A stretch of DNA of 64,000 bases from an uncultured virus (IMG/VR IMGVR_UViG_3300020337_000002) (IMGVR_UViG_3300020337_000002), one strand, 5' to 3'; positions 47,263-57,947 are shown, counted from the first letter of the stretch. Program-made: numbers and translations. The notes: generated by a model from the sequence alone, not told the origin.

Positions 47263-48565
47263 TAATATATTCTCCTAATTCTTTAAAAGTTTTGCTATAA
47301 TCAGTCCCTCTAGTTTTATCAGTTACAGCCAAATACTCACGCAAAGCCGGTAGCTTATTACTCCAATCGTCCTGCATCATGTATTTAATCAACCCTCTCC
47401 AACGTTGAGCACCATATGGGTGCTGGTTGAATTCCAAATTAAACTTCTGTCTATCTATGAAGTTTTCTACTTTGCCCTTTATCCAAAGTTTTGCTTCCTG
47501 TGGTAAAACTTGTACATTTAGATATGATGGCAAATAAACCAAATGTGTTCCTATAATACCTCCTCCAAACATTGAAGGATTAATCTTGCTAAAGCCTTGA
47601 TCCATTTTCCATTCAGCTAATTCATCTATGTAACCTACATTTAGTAATTGTACTGCACAGGCAATATTAATAACTGTATTATCCTTTGTATTCTCATCTA
47701 GCCTTCTTAAATTAGTTTCAACGTCCGACCACTTGCTTGGGTAACGTATGTAATCGTTACGTTCTCCGTAAGCATCTATGCTAAAGTTAAAACGTACTTC
47801 TTTAAAATGTTGCCATAACTTAAATAACTTGTCTGGCAATTCTAAACCATTTGAGTTATATCTTAAGTTACAGTCTTTGGCATATCCTTCGTCAACCATG
47901 AACTCTAATATTTTATAATGTTCTGGTATTAACAATGGCTCGCCACCTGCAAAATATAATTCTTGTATATTAAATGCTTGATGCTTCATTGTATCTATGA
48001 AGGATCCTTTTTTATACCAAGTATAATCAAATTGATCGTCCCAACCTTGATCTGCAATAAGATCTTTATTCTTATACTGTGGCATTTGTAGTTTCCATTC
48101 CTTAATCCAACTTGAACTATCATGTGGACTACACATAACGCATTTAAGTTGACATAGGTTACCTAAACGTAAATCAAAGTAAGGAATACTTACAGGTGCA
48201 GTACCATCTTCTTTTGTACTAGCAATGAGTTGATCAAAGTCTACACGTTGTTTCCATTCTTCAGTTTCCCATAGACGCTTACTTGAAATACCTTTTGCTT
48301 CTTCACTAAAACATTTTGTACAACTACTAGGTATTTCACCGTTCAGCATTTGTAATCTTGTTCTTCTCATGTGTTCGCTATTCCATACTTCTTCTATTGT
48401 ATGGTCACGTAGGTTCATAGCAATACCATCTTTCTTAACAAGTCCTGCTGTCTTTTCATCTTGTTTACCCGCACCACTGGCATTGGCAGTACAACAAACT
48501 CTAACATCACCGTTAGGTCTTGTAGCTAAATGTATCCAGGGTAATGGGCAAAATGTTTTACTCAT
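47252..48565 (-). CDS. Radical SAM protein with N-terminal twitch-like domain
   Basis: FCPLPW...GDVRVCC...CTKC..EE...SKR; CQLKCVMC, AGGEP, YNSNG, SIDA. Confidence 0.9.
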   Translation of the reverse strand: MSKTFCPLPWIHLATRPNGDVRVCCTANASGAGKQDEKTAGLVKKDGIAMNLRDHTIEEVWNSEHMRRTRLQMLNGEIPSSCTKCFSEEAKGISSKRLWETEEWKQRVDFDQLIASTKEDGTAPVSIPYFDLRLGNLCQLKCVMCSPHDSSSWIKEWKLQMPQYKNKDLIADQGWDDQFDYTWYKKGSFIDTMKHQAFNIQELYFAGGEPLLIPEHYKILEFMVDEGYAKDCNLRYNSNGLELPDKLFKLWQHFKEVRFNFSIDAYGERNDYIRYPSKWSDVETNLRRLDENTKDNTVINIACAVQLLNVGYIDELAEWKMDQGFSKINPSMFGGGIIGTHLVYLPSYLNVQVLPQEAKLWIKGKVENFIDRQKFNLEFNQHPYGAQRWRGLIKYMMQDDWSNKLPALREYLAVTDKTRGTDYSKTFKELGEYINGH

Positions 48566-49398
48566 ACTATCGCTTTTCCTACTTGTTCACCTATTTTTTT
48601 ATAGTCTAATATTTTTCCTGTAACAGTACAGTCTTTCATATTGTTATAATTAATCGCTTGTAGTGTTATGCAATCACCTGTTGTTTGTGCAAGTATACCT
48701 ATTGCACTATGACAATCACCGTCTACAAACTTCAATGCTGTACGTTCTGCTAATACACAATAAAATGTATCCAGATGATTTATTTGCCTTACTAGAGCTG
48801 TGTAAGGGCTCATAGTACGTGTCTGTATAGCAATAACACCTTGTCCAACTGCTGGTAACATTTTATCAAATCCAAACGTATGTGTAATATGATCTTGTAA
48901 ACCTAATATCTCTATTCCAGATCTTGCCAGTACAACTGCATCATACTCACCGTTTTCTACTTTTCTAATTCTTGTTGGTACATTACCTCTAATATGTTTT
49001 ACTACTAATGATTCATCTATTAGTGTAAGCTGTTCTAATCTTCTTGGTGATCCTGTTCCTACTACTGCACCAGGGTGTAGTTTTCCTACTACACAATCTC
49101 TTGGATCATTACGTTTCAGTACTCCTGCAAGAATTAACTCCTTGGGCATTATAGTTGGTAAATCTTTTGTGCTGTGTACTGCAATATCAATAGTTCCGTT
49201 AAACAATTCATCTTCTATACGTTTACAAAATACTCCTTTGCCGCCTATGTCAGCGATAACTTTATGTTCATGAATATCTCCGTCTGACTTTATAGGAACT
49301 ATTTCTACAGTACAGTCTAGCTGTTCTAGTTTTTTAGTTACTAGTTCTGCCATAGCTAATGACAGTTCGCTACCTCTACAACCTAGTTTGACTTTCAT
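48562..49398 (-). CDS. hemC: Porphobilinogen deaminase (hydroxymethylbilane synthase)
   Basis: RGSELS, GGKGVF, DIAVHSTKDLP (catalytic Asp), RNDPRD, GTGSPRR, IRGNV.TR, PAVGQG, AER......GDC (cofactor Cys). Confidence 0.92.
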   Translation of the reverse strand: MKVKLGCRGSELSLAMAELVTKKLEQLDCTVEIVPIKSDGDIHEHKVIADIGGKGVFCKRIEDELFNGTIDIAVHSTKDLPTIMPKELILAGVLKRNDPRDCVVGKLHPGAVVGTGSPRRLEQLTLIDESLVVKHIRGNVPTRIRKVENGEYDAVVLARSGIEILGLQDHITHTFGFDKMLPAVGQGVIAIQTRTMSPYTALVRQINHLDTFYCVLAERTALKFVDGDCHSAIGILAQTTGDCITLQAINYNNMKDCTVTGKILDYKKIGEQVGKAIV

Positions 49399-50000
49399 TG
49401 TTTTCTTCCTATTAGCATATACCTTGTGTACTTAGGCAATTCTAATTCTGATTCTTCAGATACGTTTAGTTTAGACTTGCGTTTAAATTCTGCTAGATCT
49501 TTCATACAGTTTACGTGTTCTTTATGCTCAAAGTAGTTATTACTTTGTAAAATAATTTGTGCTCCATCAGGTACATTACCTAACCAAACATTATATTGTT
49601 CTTCTGTAATGTGTTCACAACTTGTATTAATAACAAAGTATGGTTCTCTTTTATATTCATAGTCACACATATCAGAAGTTACACTTTCAAACTTACCTTC
49701 CATCTCATAACGTTTATTCATCATACTAGCAATTTCTTGACACTTGGGATCTATATCAATACTTGTGATATGTTTAATTCCTAGTTCACTATTAAACATC
49801 ATACAAGCTAATACACCATTCCACCCTCCATGTATTACGCACTCTGCGTTTCTAATTGACTTATGTTTTTCAAGTGCTTCAATCAACCACAGCTTACTCT
49901 TGATCTGTCCACCCCAGAAACTTTCAAGTGTACGATCCTTGTCTTCGCTGTTACGAATTGCGTCCATCCAATACTTTATATCATTGATATCTATTTTCAT
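49395..50000 (-). CDS. Class I SAM-dependent methyltransferase
   Basis: IHGGWNG, SIDIDP, DM, INTSCEH. Confidence 0.75.
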   Translation of the reverse strand: MKIDINDIKYWMDAIRNSEDKDRTLESFWGGQIKSKLWLIEALEKHKSIRNAECVIHGGWNGVLACMMFNSELGIKHITSIDIDPKCQEIASMMNKRYEMEGKFESVTSDMCDYEYKREPYFVINTSCEHITEEQYNVWLGNVPDGAQIILQSNNYFEHKEHVNCMKDLAEFKRKSKLNVSEESELELPKYTRYMLIGRKQ

Positions 50001-50380
50001 TAAAAGCCTATTCTTATTCCTATATTATGATTATCTCTGATAACATCATAATTATAAACAATGTTATACGTATGCCATATAGCTCTATACTTTTCAGGTA
50101 TCATCTTTGTTGCTTCATAGTGTGCAAATCCTCTAGCAATAAAATAAGTTATAACTTGAAACTCATTTGGGTGCTTACCTAATATTTTATTCTTTTCATA
50201 ATAGTTGTCATTGTTTGCTATTTCTAAAGTCTGTAACATATCTATTGTTTGTAATATATTAAAAGCAATGATACCTTTCTTATCAGTTTCTGTTAAAGGT
50301 TCTTTGTAAAACTTTTGCAACTCTATTGCATTTGCAGGAAACATCATTATATATAAAAATAAAATTACTCTTGCTATCAT
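50000..50380 (-). CDS. Exported/membrane hypothetical protein
   Basis: Signal-peptide-like N-terminus; E.N.ILG.HP. Confidence 0.6.
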   Translation of the reverse strand: MIARVILFLYIMMFPANAIELQKFYKEPLTETDKKGIIAFNILQTIDMLQTLEIANNDNYYEKNKILGKHPNEFQVITYFIARGFAHYEATKMIPEKYRAIWHTYNIVYNYDVIRDNHNIGIRIGF

Positions 50381-51120
50381 TTTCTAACTTTCTTGTTATA
50401 CTCCAATGCTTCTTTTAACAAGGTTAAATCAACACCATTTTGTTTTGCGGTATAAATTATTGCTTGTATATCTTTAGGAAAACAATGTCCACCAAAGCCT
50501 CTTTCTTTTGTAACTTCGGTATGACTTGTACCTATGCGTTTATCTGCACCTATACCTGTTGCAACTGCATCATAGTTAATACCTGTTGCTTCACATAAGT
50601 CATATACTTGATTAAAGAATGCAACCTTGTTTGCTAAAAAACTATTACGAAAGTATTTAACTAGTATTAATTCACGTGGATCTGCAATACCAATGCTAAT
50701 ATTACCTAATACATTAACAAAGACTGACTGCCAAAAGTTTATGTTTCCGCCACCAAACATAAAATCCTTTGTATTCAATAGATCCTGTTCTGCTGTATTG
50801 TTGCGTAGAAACTCTGGGCTAAATGTTATATCCCTATCTGGAAAGTGTTCCATTAATGTTTCCCAACCTTCTAAACTAATTGTACTCTTTATTATAACAG
50901 GTACTTTAGGTGAACGTTCTATTACATCATATACACTATTAATTAAACAAGCACCGTTTTCATATGACGGTGTTGCTGTACATACAATTAATCCTTCCGT
51001 ATCACTACTCATATCTTTGTATCCTTTAAACGGATCATATATTTCTATGTCGTAATGACCTCCAAACACCTTATGATGTGCTTGTCCTACTGCTCCATAC
51101 CCTGCAATCGTTATTTTCAT
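50377..51120 (-). CDS. Short UDP-glucose/GDP-mannose dehydrogenase (no C-terminal UDP-binding domain)
   Basis: GYGAVG, IKSTI, SPEFLR, KY.RN.FLA.K, GFGGHCFPKD. Confidence 0.85.
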   Translation of the reverse strand: MKITIAGYGAVGQAHHKVFGGHYDIEIYDPFKGYKDMSSDTEGLIVCTATPSYENGACLINSVYDVIERSPKVPVIIKSTISLEGWETLMEHFPDRDITFSPEFLRNNTAEQDLLNTKDFMFGGGNINFWQSVFVNVLGNISIGIADPRELILVKYFRNSFLANKVAFFNQVYDLCEATGINYDAVATGIGADKRIGTSHTEVTKERGFGGHCFPKDIQAIIYTAKQNGVDLTLLKEALEYNKKVRK

Positions 51121-52109
51121 TTCTTCTCCACAAATTGTTCACGTAACTTATCAAAACTTCCACATTGTTTTGAACATTCTTTTAATCCACAAGTTGACCA
51201 TTGACTGCTTATTAAGTCAAAGAACCCACTATCAAATATTTCTTTTAAACTTTCGTCGTGTAAGTTAGGAAACCTTTTAACTTTCATCATATAATCCATC
51301 TTACTTGGGAACAGTTGAGGCATCCATTTTAAATCTAACCAACAGCAAGGAGCAACATCACCACCTGCACTAATATATAACATATGATCTTCAACTGCTT
51401 TACAATTAATCTTTGGTAATTTTTCTTCTCTGGCCGCTTCAGCTGGTGCTATCATTTCTAAACTTTTATCTGACGGATATAACGTATCAACTTTATTCCA
51501 GTTTTCATCTATAACATCAAACTTTCCATCTCTAAAACGTGTTGTATGTTTTACTTGAAACTCTTTAAAACCTAATTCTTTAGATAACGCACGACAGTCT
51601 TCAAGTTGATGTTGATTGTGTTGAAAGACTAACATATCCCAACGTGCTTCTCCGCCGGCTTCAATAAATGTTTTTGCATTGTCTATAATTTTGTTCCAGT
51701 TTGTGTTTACTCTATATCTTGAGTGTGTATCTTCTAATCCGTCAATACCAAATGCCGCCACAACTTTTATTTTTGCAAGTTCTCTCCACCATTGTGCTAC
51801 ACGACCACTTCCGTTAGTGTGCATTGTTAAACCCATTGTTTCATTATTTCTTCTTAGGTACTGATATATTTCTAATGTATCCTTTGCAACAATAGGATCA
51901 CCTAGGTTACCGCACATATTAAGATGCCATAGTTGTTTTATAAAATCTACACTGAACCATTTTTTAAATAATTCTATATTAACTTCTGCCAAAGTGATAG
52001 AGTCAAGTAAAGGACCACCATGCACACGTCTAGCACACATAGGACATTTCGCTTGGCATTTAGAAGTAACTTCTAAGTGTATCGATTTTATATCTTCTAA
52101 CTTATACAT
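51117..52109 (-). CDS. Radical SAM/SPASM protein (paralogue of 39010)
   Basis: CQAKCPMC, GNLGDP, HTNG, IDGLEDT, GDVAPCC...CSKQC; start moved to MYKLED. Confidence 0.88.
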   Translation of the reverse strand: MYKLEDIKSIHLEVTSKCQAKCPMCARRVHGGPLLDSITLAEVNIELFKKWFSVDFIKQLWHLNMCGNLGDPIVAKDTLEIYQYLRRNNETMGLTMHTNGSGRVAQWWRELAKIKVVAAFGIDGLEDTHSRYRVNTNWNKIIDNAKTFIEAGGEARWDMLVFQHNQHQLEDCRALSKELGFKEFQVKHTTRFRDGKFDVIDENWNKVDTLYPSDKSLEMIAPAEAAREEKLPKINCKAVEDHMLYISAGGDVAPCCWLDLKWMPQLFPSKMDYMMKVKRFPNLHDESLKEIFDSGFFDLISSQWSTCGLKECSKQCGSFDKLREQFVEKK

Positions 52110-53055
52110 TCTTTTCCTTTGGTATCTTACTGTCTGCACTACTAACACACGTTGGAGTTATACAAGGCATTGGTGCATTAAACAGCTTAAATCCTTCTTC
52201 TAACGTGCCTAAAGGTTCATCATGGCAACTATATGCACGTTTCACTTCATTGCTTCTTATAATACAACTTTGATATCCACTGTTACACATCCAACCTTTA
52301 AATTTGTTAAATCCGTATGCGTTTAATCTTTCTGCTTGATCAATCCAGTATTCTATTCCTTTAGCATCATATAATGCGACTTGGTAACCGTCTTGTTGGT
52401 TTTCGGTTCGTAAAATTTCTTTTTGGGCTTCCGTATAACCATCCACGACAAAACTAGCAGTAGGATCAGACTGAGGCTTGAGTGTAACATGAAGGCCCCT
52501 ATCACTAAATCGTTTACTTCGTTCATAATATTCCTCCCAGTGTTCAGGCACCATTACCTGATTGATCGTTACAAGGACATCATTGTCCTGTAAATATAAA
52601 AGTTTGTCACCAAATTCTTTCTCATTGGCAAATTCCGCATGGAAACTTGCAGTAATACTTCTTCTGTCCATAACATGAGTTGCGTCTAACCATCTTGTCC
52701 ACCAACGTTTTGCAGGACTGCAATTACTTGTCATGTGTATACTTAAATATTTACTTTCGTAATCTTCATAGTGTTTAATTAAATCAATAAACTTTTTATA
52801 TGCTGTAGGTTCACCGCCACTAAAACTAAAATGAAACTTGTCAAAGCCATTTTCTCTAGCTTGTCGTTTTATCTCGTCTATTGCATTTGTATAAATCTTA
52901 AATTCTTGATGGTCGGGTGTACTGCTTCTAGCATAGGGCCAACAATAGCTACAATTATAGTTACAAAAACGTCCAAGGATCCAGGACACAGAAAACAAGT
53001 TGTTTTCCAACATAGTCCTTTGTCCTAGTTTTGTTATATCCTTAAAGGGTATCAT
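52102..53055 (-). CDS. Radical SAM protein (paralogue of 45677)
   Basis: CNYNCSYC, SGGEPT, TSN, SFH, GWMCNSG...C...C...C. Confidence 0.88.
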   Translation of the reverse strand: MIPFKDITKLGQRTMLENNLFSVSWILGRFCNYNCSYCWPYARSSTPDHQEFKIYTNAIDEIKRQARENGFDKFHFSFSGGEPTAYKKFIDLIKHYEDYESKYLSIHMTSNCSPAKRWWTRWLDATHVMDRRSITASFHAEFANEKEFGDKLLYLQDNDVLVTINQVMVPEHWEEYYERSKRFSDRGLHVTLKPQSDPTASFVVDGYTEAQKEILRTENQQDGYQVALYDAKGIEYWIDQAERLNAYGFNKFKGWMCNSGYQSCIIRSNEVKRAYSCHDEPLGTLEEGFKLFNAPMPCITPTCVSSADSKIPKEKNV

Positions 53056-53737
53056 TCATTTCATCCATATGGAAACGTTCTTGTAACCAATCAAAGTCAT
53101 TTATTTTTGCTAAAGAGCTAGGCTCAGACTTGTAATTATTACCATAGTCACGACCACTCCTAGCGCCAAGGATACAAAATCTACCGAACTCTTTTTCAGA
53201 GCCCGTTGTACACCATGTATCAAGTCTTTTATTTGTTTCATCATCTTCTTGCCCCTGTATTATTTTACTAGACAACTTAACACATTCTCTAAAAGCACTT
53301 TTCCAAGTACTAAATTCATCTGTGTTAAAGCTAGTAATATTACTCACGAATGGCATAGCCTTGAACCTATCACTTATACTGGTAGTCATATCAGTACTGC
53401 TAATATCTACGTTCATAGTGAGACGTCTAGGTAGGAGTTTGACACCTCCATAACCGTAGATTAAATTGTTGATAGGATTTCGGCTACGCCATACATGGAC
53501 ACAATCTAAATCATATTCATTTACTTTATGATCTAAACTGAATTCTGGTAATAAGTCTGCATCGCCATCTATGACCCAAAACATTTTTGTTGAACATTTC
53601 TTCGCGGCGGCAATATGAGCCTGATGTATTCCTTTAACACCATGTATTCTTTTAGTGTTAGGATAGCGTTCTAATAAACGCTTATATCTTTCATCAGCAT
53701 CAGGTTCGTTATAACTTATAAAAACTGCATCATACAT
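53042..53737 (-). CDS. GT-A glycosyltransferase-like protein
   Basis: FISYNEP, GVKGIHQAH, WVIDGD (DxD), YGYGGVKL, W...FRE..KL. Confidence 0.75.
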   Translation of the reverse strand: MYDAVFISYNEPDADERYKRLLERYPNTKRIHGVKGIHQAHIAAAKKCSTKMFWVIDGDADLLPEFSLDHKVNEYDLDCVHVWRSRNPINNLIYGYGGVKLLPRRLTMNVDISSTDMTTSISDRFKAMPFVSNITSFNTDEFSTWKSAFRECVKLSSKIIQGQEDDETNKRLDTWCTTGSEKEFGRFCILGARSGRDYGNNYKSEPSSLAKINDFDWLQERFHMDEMNDTL

Positions 53738-54584
53738 AAGATTCTAATTCGTTTGCTAACTGCTCATGTACTGTTCTGTCTGGATGGCAGTTATCAGGAA
53801 ACTTATCATTTTGTTCCATTGTTTTAATAGTATCTTCATAAGAATCTACTATCTTTTTAAATTCTGATTCAGGTGCTGTTTTAATAATTGCACTTGAATC
53901 TGCTAAATCTGGTCTTGCTCTACGCAACAAGTTTATTGTAGGCCAACTACTCATGGCAGGTATTTCATGTCCTAGCAAATTTTCCATCCAGTTGCGGTGA
54001 ACGTGTTTTATAAAAGTATACTTAGATAGGTCTTGTGGAAGTTTACCCCAGCCTTCTATAATAATCCAAGGCACTTTAGTTTCATCATAAATTTTTTGTG
54101 CATTGTCTAACAATGCTGTAATTAATCTATTATTCATGTCAGCAATACTAGTTGCTTCTGTTACAATCTTATCACGTTGTACAAAATACTTTTCTAAATC
54201 CTTAAGACCTGCTTCTGCTGGCCAACGTTGCGGACTTAGATCTCTAATAGGCTCAGTAAGCATTAAAATTATAACGTCTGGATTGTAAAATACAGGACTA
54301 GTAAAAGGTGGTGCAAGTCCTAGTGCTTCTTCAGTTTTAAATAATGCTTCAGTATTACACCCGCCACCTATACTGTAATTTACTGTTGCATGACCTTTTT
54401 GATCTAAGTAATAACCAAAGCCTGGCCACACTACATTAAAAGGTTTTGAATGAGGTTCTCTAAGATATAGTTCTTTATTCCATGGTCTGAAAATCTCTGT
54501 TCCGTTAGCAACTGACGGTCCTGGAACAATAGTTCCCCATTCTCCTAGACCATTACTGTCGCCGACTATTAAAATTTTACTCAC
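53730..54584 (-). CDS. SGNH-hydrolase-like protein
   Basis: IVGDS, GG.N, DNCHP. Confidence 0.6.
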   Translation of the reverse strand: MSKILIVGDSNGLGEWGTIVPGPSVANGTEIFRPWNKELYLREPHSKPFNVVWPGFGYYLDQKGHATVNYSIGGGCNTEALFKTEEALGLAPPFTSPVFYNPDVIILMLTEPIRDLSPQRWPAEAGLKDLEKYFVQRDKIVTEATSIADMNNRLITALLDNAQKIYDETKVPWIIIEGWGKLPQDLSKYTFIKHVHRNWMENLLGHEIPAMSSWPTINLLRRARPDLADSSAIIKTAPESEFKKIVDSYEDTIKTMEQNDKFPDNCHPDRTVHEQLANELESYV

Positions 54585-55719
54585 AAACTATGCCTTTGTC
54601 TTTCCTTGTATTGCCGTAGTAAACTACGTTAGGTCCTCGATACGTTCTCCATGGATCAAACACAGGTACGTTGTCAGGAACTGTATCTCCTTCGTGTACT
54701 AGTACGTAGATGTGTGGATTTTCTTTTACAACATATCCGCCATGTTCTTTTACATAATGTTGTACTAATAAACTATAACTACCATCAACATATTCAACTC
54801 CTGGCTTATAACTATCGCTACTAAACTGAACCTTGTTTCCGTATTTTAATATTTCAATAGCCATGTTTTCTGCTTGTTTCTCTCTTGCATTCATTACTGA
54901 ATCAAATAAATCATAACCTAGTCCAAGTTCCTTTGCCATATAACGTAAAGCGATATTATCACGTGGGTGGCAAGCACCTCCATCTCCCATACCTGCTTTC
55001 ATATATGCTTTGCTAATGATACGCATTGTTGACTTTGATAATGCTCTTGTTACAACATCAACATTTATGTTTCCTTGTTTCTGTGCTACGTCCTGCATCA
55101 TATTAACAAGTCCAATCTTTGTACTAATAAATGTATTATAAAAAACTTTTATACATTCGCACTCGTCCCAAGTACCTATTTCGTAACGTGGATTGTTTTC
55201 CATAATGCTTTGATAAAATCTTACTAACTCTCTAGCATCAGTTGTAGCACTTCCATCTTCGGTTCCAATCATAATCATCTCAGGATTGATCATATCCCAA
55301 GCAACTGTACCCATAGCAATAAGATATGGATTGTAAACAAACCTTGTGTTAGTTACTAATGGTACAAATTCTCTACGTGTTGTGCCTGGAAGAACTGTGC
55401 TGATAAGAACAAGCAACTGGTCCTTGGTCATAAACTTGTTAGCTTCTTCCAAACATTCTTTTACAATTTTATATGAAAAGTCTTTAGGTTCTAAATGAGC
55501 CGTTGGAGCTCTGCCGTCATACGCAGGATCGTGGGGAGTTGGAACAGCAACAAATACAATGTCCTGTCCTACTACTGCTTCAGCAATAGTATCCTTTACA
55601 TTAACTAACTTACTTGTTACGTCTACGATATCGTATCCGCTTACGGTGTGTCCTTTTTGTGCTACTGCTTCTGCACAGGGTAAGCCCAGCTTACCTAATC
55701 CGATGAAACTAATCTTCAC
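54577..55719 (-). CDS. UDP-glucose/GDP-mannose dehydrogenase family protein
   Basis: GLGKLGLP, VAVPTP, ISTVLPG, KVFYNTFIS.K, GDGGACHPRD, YKP. Confidence 0.9.
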   Translation of the reverse strand: MKISFIGLGKLGLPCAEAVAQKGHTVSGYDIVDVTSKLVNVKDTIAEAVVGQDIVFVAVPTPHDPAYDGRAPTAHLEPKDFSYKIVKECLEEANKFMTKDQLLVLISTVLPGTTRREFVPLVTNTRFVYNPYLIAMGTVAWDMINPEMIMIGTEDGSATTDARELVRFYQSIMENNPRYEIGTWDECECIKVFYNTFISTKIGLVNMMQDVAQKQGNINVDVVTRALSKSTMRIISKAYMKAGMGDGGACHPRDNIALRYMAKELGLGYDLFDSVMNAREKQAENMAIEILKYGNKVQFSSDSYKPGVEYVDGSYSLLVQHYVKEHGGYVVKENPHIYVLVHEGDTVPDNVPVFDPWRTYRGPNVVYYGNTRKDKGIVCE

Positions 55720-55745
55720 ACTAATCTCCTACCATTAAATGCGTA

Positions 55746-55766
55746 TATAAATATAGTAGTATTTAT
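55746..55766. promoter_or_regulatory. Closely spaced, oppositely oriented late promoters
   Basis: Plus-strand TATAAATA 55746-55753; minus-strand ATAAATA 55760-55766; lie between divergent genes. Confidence 0.65.
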
Positions 55767-55780
55767 GGAAACTAGTTATT

Positions 55781-57064
55781 ATGAATCTTATTCAAGACTG
55801 CATTAATTTTAACCAATATGTGCATCAACCGAAAAGCACCCAGACTACGGCTAATTTAGAGGCGGCCTTCAGAGATTTGGGTATAGAAAGTGATGATATT
55901 GATGTATATTTTGTATTGATACAATATCCAAGATGGACAAAAGATACAGATTTCTTCAGATGGGTAAAACCAAAAGTAAGAAAAGCACTACGTAAAAATC
56001 CTAAATCATTTTTTATTTTTGATGCAAGTACTGAAGGATTTAGTCCTATATACAGCGAACCATTTTTTGATATACTATATAAAATGTCAAATGATTATAA
56101 AATACCTCCTAAGAGAATATTCTTTTGTTCTAGCAATATGAAAGACAACGATAACATTAAGAACTTTAATCGTCAACATAATATAAAAGATACAATTAAT
56201 GTTTTTACTTTTCTAAACTTTGAAAGAATGATACTTGGAGTTAAAGGACAACAAGAAGTACAAATGGATCCTTTGGGATATGAAATAGGTACTAATAGTA
56301 TGTTGGACTCGATAGTGTTAAAAAGACTTAATACTGCTGTTGATCAAACTAAGAAACTAGCCATGCAATCTAAAGCAGGATTAAGTTTAAGCAGAATTAA
56401 CAGGGCGGCTAGATTATATAGTAGTATGAAAATATACAACAGCAAATATCGTGATGATTTTCTTATTAGTCATAATGCTGTACGTGACGAAGATATAGAT
56501 TGGTTAATGATGCAGATTCCTTTTGTAAATGATCCAACTGCTAAGAAAAAATATGTACAACAGTTTCAAAAAAAATTACCTTTGATTGTAGACACAGATG
56601 ATTTTAAAACTAACCATGCAACTTCGCTACACGGAGATCTCAACGACAAAACATTATTTCAAATAGTAAATGAAACTCATGTAGACGATTGGAAACAAAC
56701 AAGTTTATTTTACAGTGAAAAGACTTTTAGATCAATATATCATATGCAACCTTTTGTGATATGGGGACAAACAGGTTGTAATAAAAGATTAGCTGACTAC
56801 GGATATATGACTTATGATTCTTGGTTTGATTTAGGGTTTGACAGCATTGAAGATCCAACTAAAAGATGGGCTGAACTATGGAAGTCAGTTACATCACAAC
56901 TAGACAAAATAAGAACAATGACATTAGAAGAAAAATGGTATTGGAAGTTTAAGAACGAAACAGTTCTAAAACATAACTTTCGTACATTACTAGAAGGTAA
57001 GTATAGTAAAGATGTGTTTTGTAACACAGCATTAAAGATGAGAAATATAGCAAATGAACAATAG
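55781..57064 (+). CDS. Hypothetical glycosyltransferase-like protein (ET...SEKT family)
   Basis: IVNET...FYSEKTFR.I...QPF.I.G......L...GY; reminiscent of the GT10 EK motif. Confidence 0.5.
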   Translation: MNLIQDCINFNQYVHQPKSTQTTANLEAAFRDLGIESDDIDVYFVLIQYPRWTKDTDFFRWVKPKVRKALRKNPKSFFIFDASTEGFSPIYSEPFFDILYKMSNDYKIPPKRIFFCSSNMKDNDNIKNFNRQHNIKDTINVFTFLNFERMILGVKGQQEVQMDPLGYEIGTNSMLDSIVLKRLNTAVDQTKKLAMQSKAGLSLSRINRAARLYSSMKIYNSKYRDDFLISHNAVRDEDIDWLMMQIPFVNDPTAKKKYVQQFQKKLPLIVDTDDFKTNHATSLHGDLNDKTLFQIVNETHVDDWKQTSLFYSEKTFRSIYHMQPFVIWGQTGCNKRLADYGYMTYDSWFDLGFDSIEDPTKRWAELWKSVTSQLDKIRTMTLEEKWYWKFKNETVLKHNFRTLLEGKYSKDVFCNTALKMRNIANEQ

Positions 57065-57947
57065 CCTTTTTAATTACCAACCTAAAAGACTGTTTACCTT
57101 TGGTTGCAGTTTTACACACTATAACTGGGGTACCTGGGCTAACTGTCTAGCAAAGGAATTAGAACCAATTGAATTTATAAACTTGGGCAGAAGTGGTGCT
57201 GGTAATCAATATATTTTTAATATGGTTATGCAGGCTGATTCTATATATAATTTTACACACGAAGATCTAGTTGTTGTACAATGGACCAATGTATGCAGAG
57301 AAGATAGGTTTATACCACAACTTGGTGAAGGCGGTTGGCACGTTCCAGGTAACATTTATTCACAGCAAACATATGACAGTGAATTTGTAAGAAAGTATTT
57401 CAATGAGAAAGGTGCATACGTAAGAGATCTAGCAAGTATTAAAGCTACCTATGAAATGCTTAAACATAGAACACAATGGCACTTCTTACAGATGTGTGAT
57501 ATTATTGATCAACCGGCTCAGTGGGGGAATCAAGATGGTGTAGCAGATAAAAGAGTAGAAGATTGGGAATTAGATGAATTAATAAAAACGTATCATGAAC
57601 CATTAAGCCATATTAAGCCTAGCTTTTATAATATATTATACAACAATAACATACAGAGTAAATTTGATAAAGATAGAAAACTAATTAACAAAGGATTCTT
57701 TGACGGACATCCTAGTCCTATAGAACACCTAATGTATCTAAAAGGAGTTTTTAATCATGAGTGGAAAGATTCTACAGACAGAGCTGTAGAAGAAACACAA
57801 CAGACTTGGGTTAAAATGTTACGAGATGCAAGTAAGGGTAAAAAGAATTTTAATATAAATCAAACAAAGCAACGTTACCAAGATATGTTTTTCTATGAAA
57901 CTAAGATAGTTGGTCCTAGCTACATAGAGCATACTTTTATTCGCTAA
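57054..57947 (+). CDS. SGNH-hydrolase-like protein
   Basis: FGCSFT, NLG.SGAGN, QWT..R.D, DGHPS. Confidence 0.65.
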   Translation: MNNSLFNYQPKRLFTFGCSFTHYNWGTWANCLAKELEPIEFINLGRSGAGNQYIFNMVMQADSIYNFTHEDLVVVQWTNVCREDRFIPQLGEGGWHVPGNIYSQQTYDSEFVRKYFNEKGAYVRDLASIKATYEMLKHRTQWHFLQMCDIIDQPAQWGNQDGVADKRVEDWELDELIKTYHEPLSHIKPSFYNILYNNNIQSKFDKDRKLINKGFFDGHPSPIEHLMYLKGVFNHEWKDSTDRAVEETQQTWVKMLRDASKGKKNFNINQTKQRYQDMFFYETKIVGPSYIEHTFIR

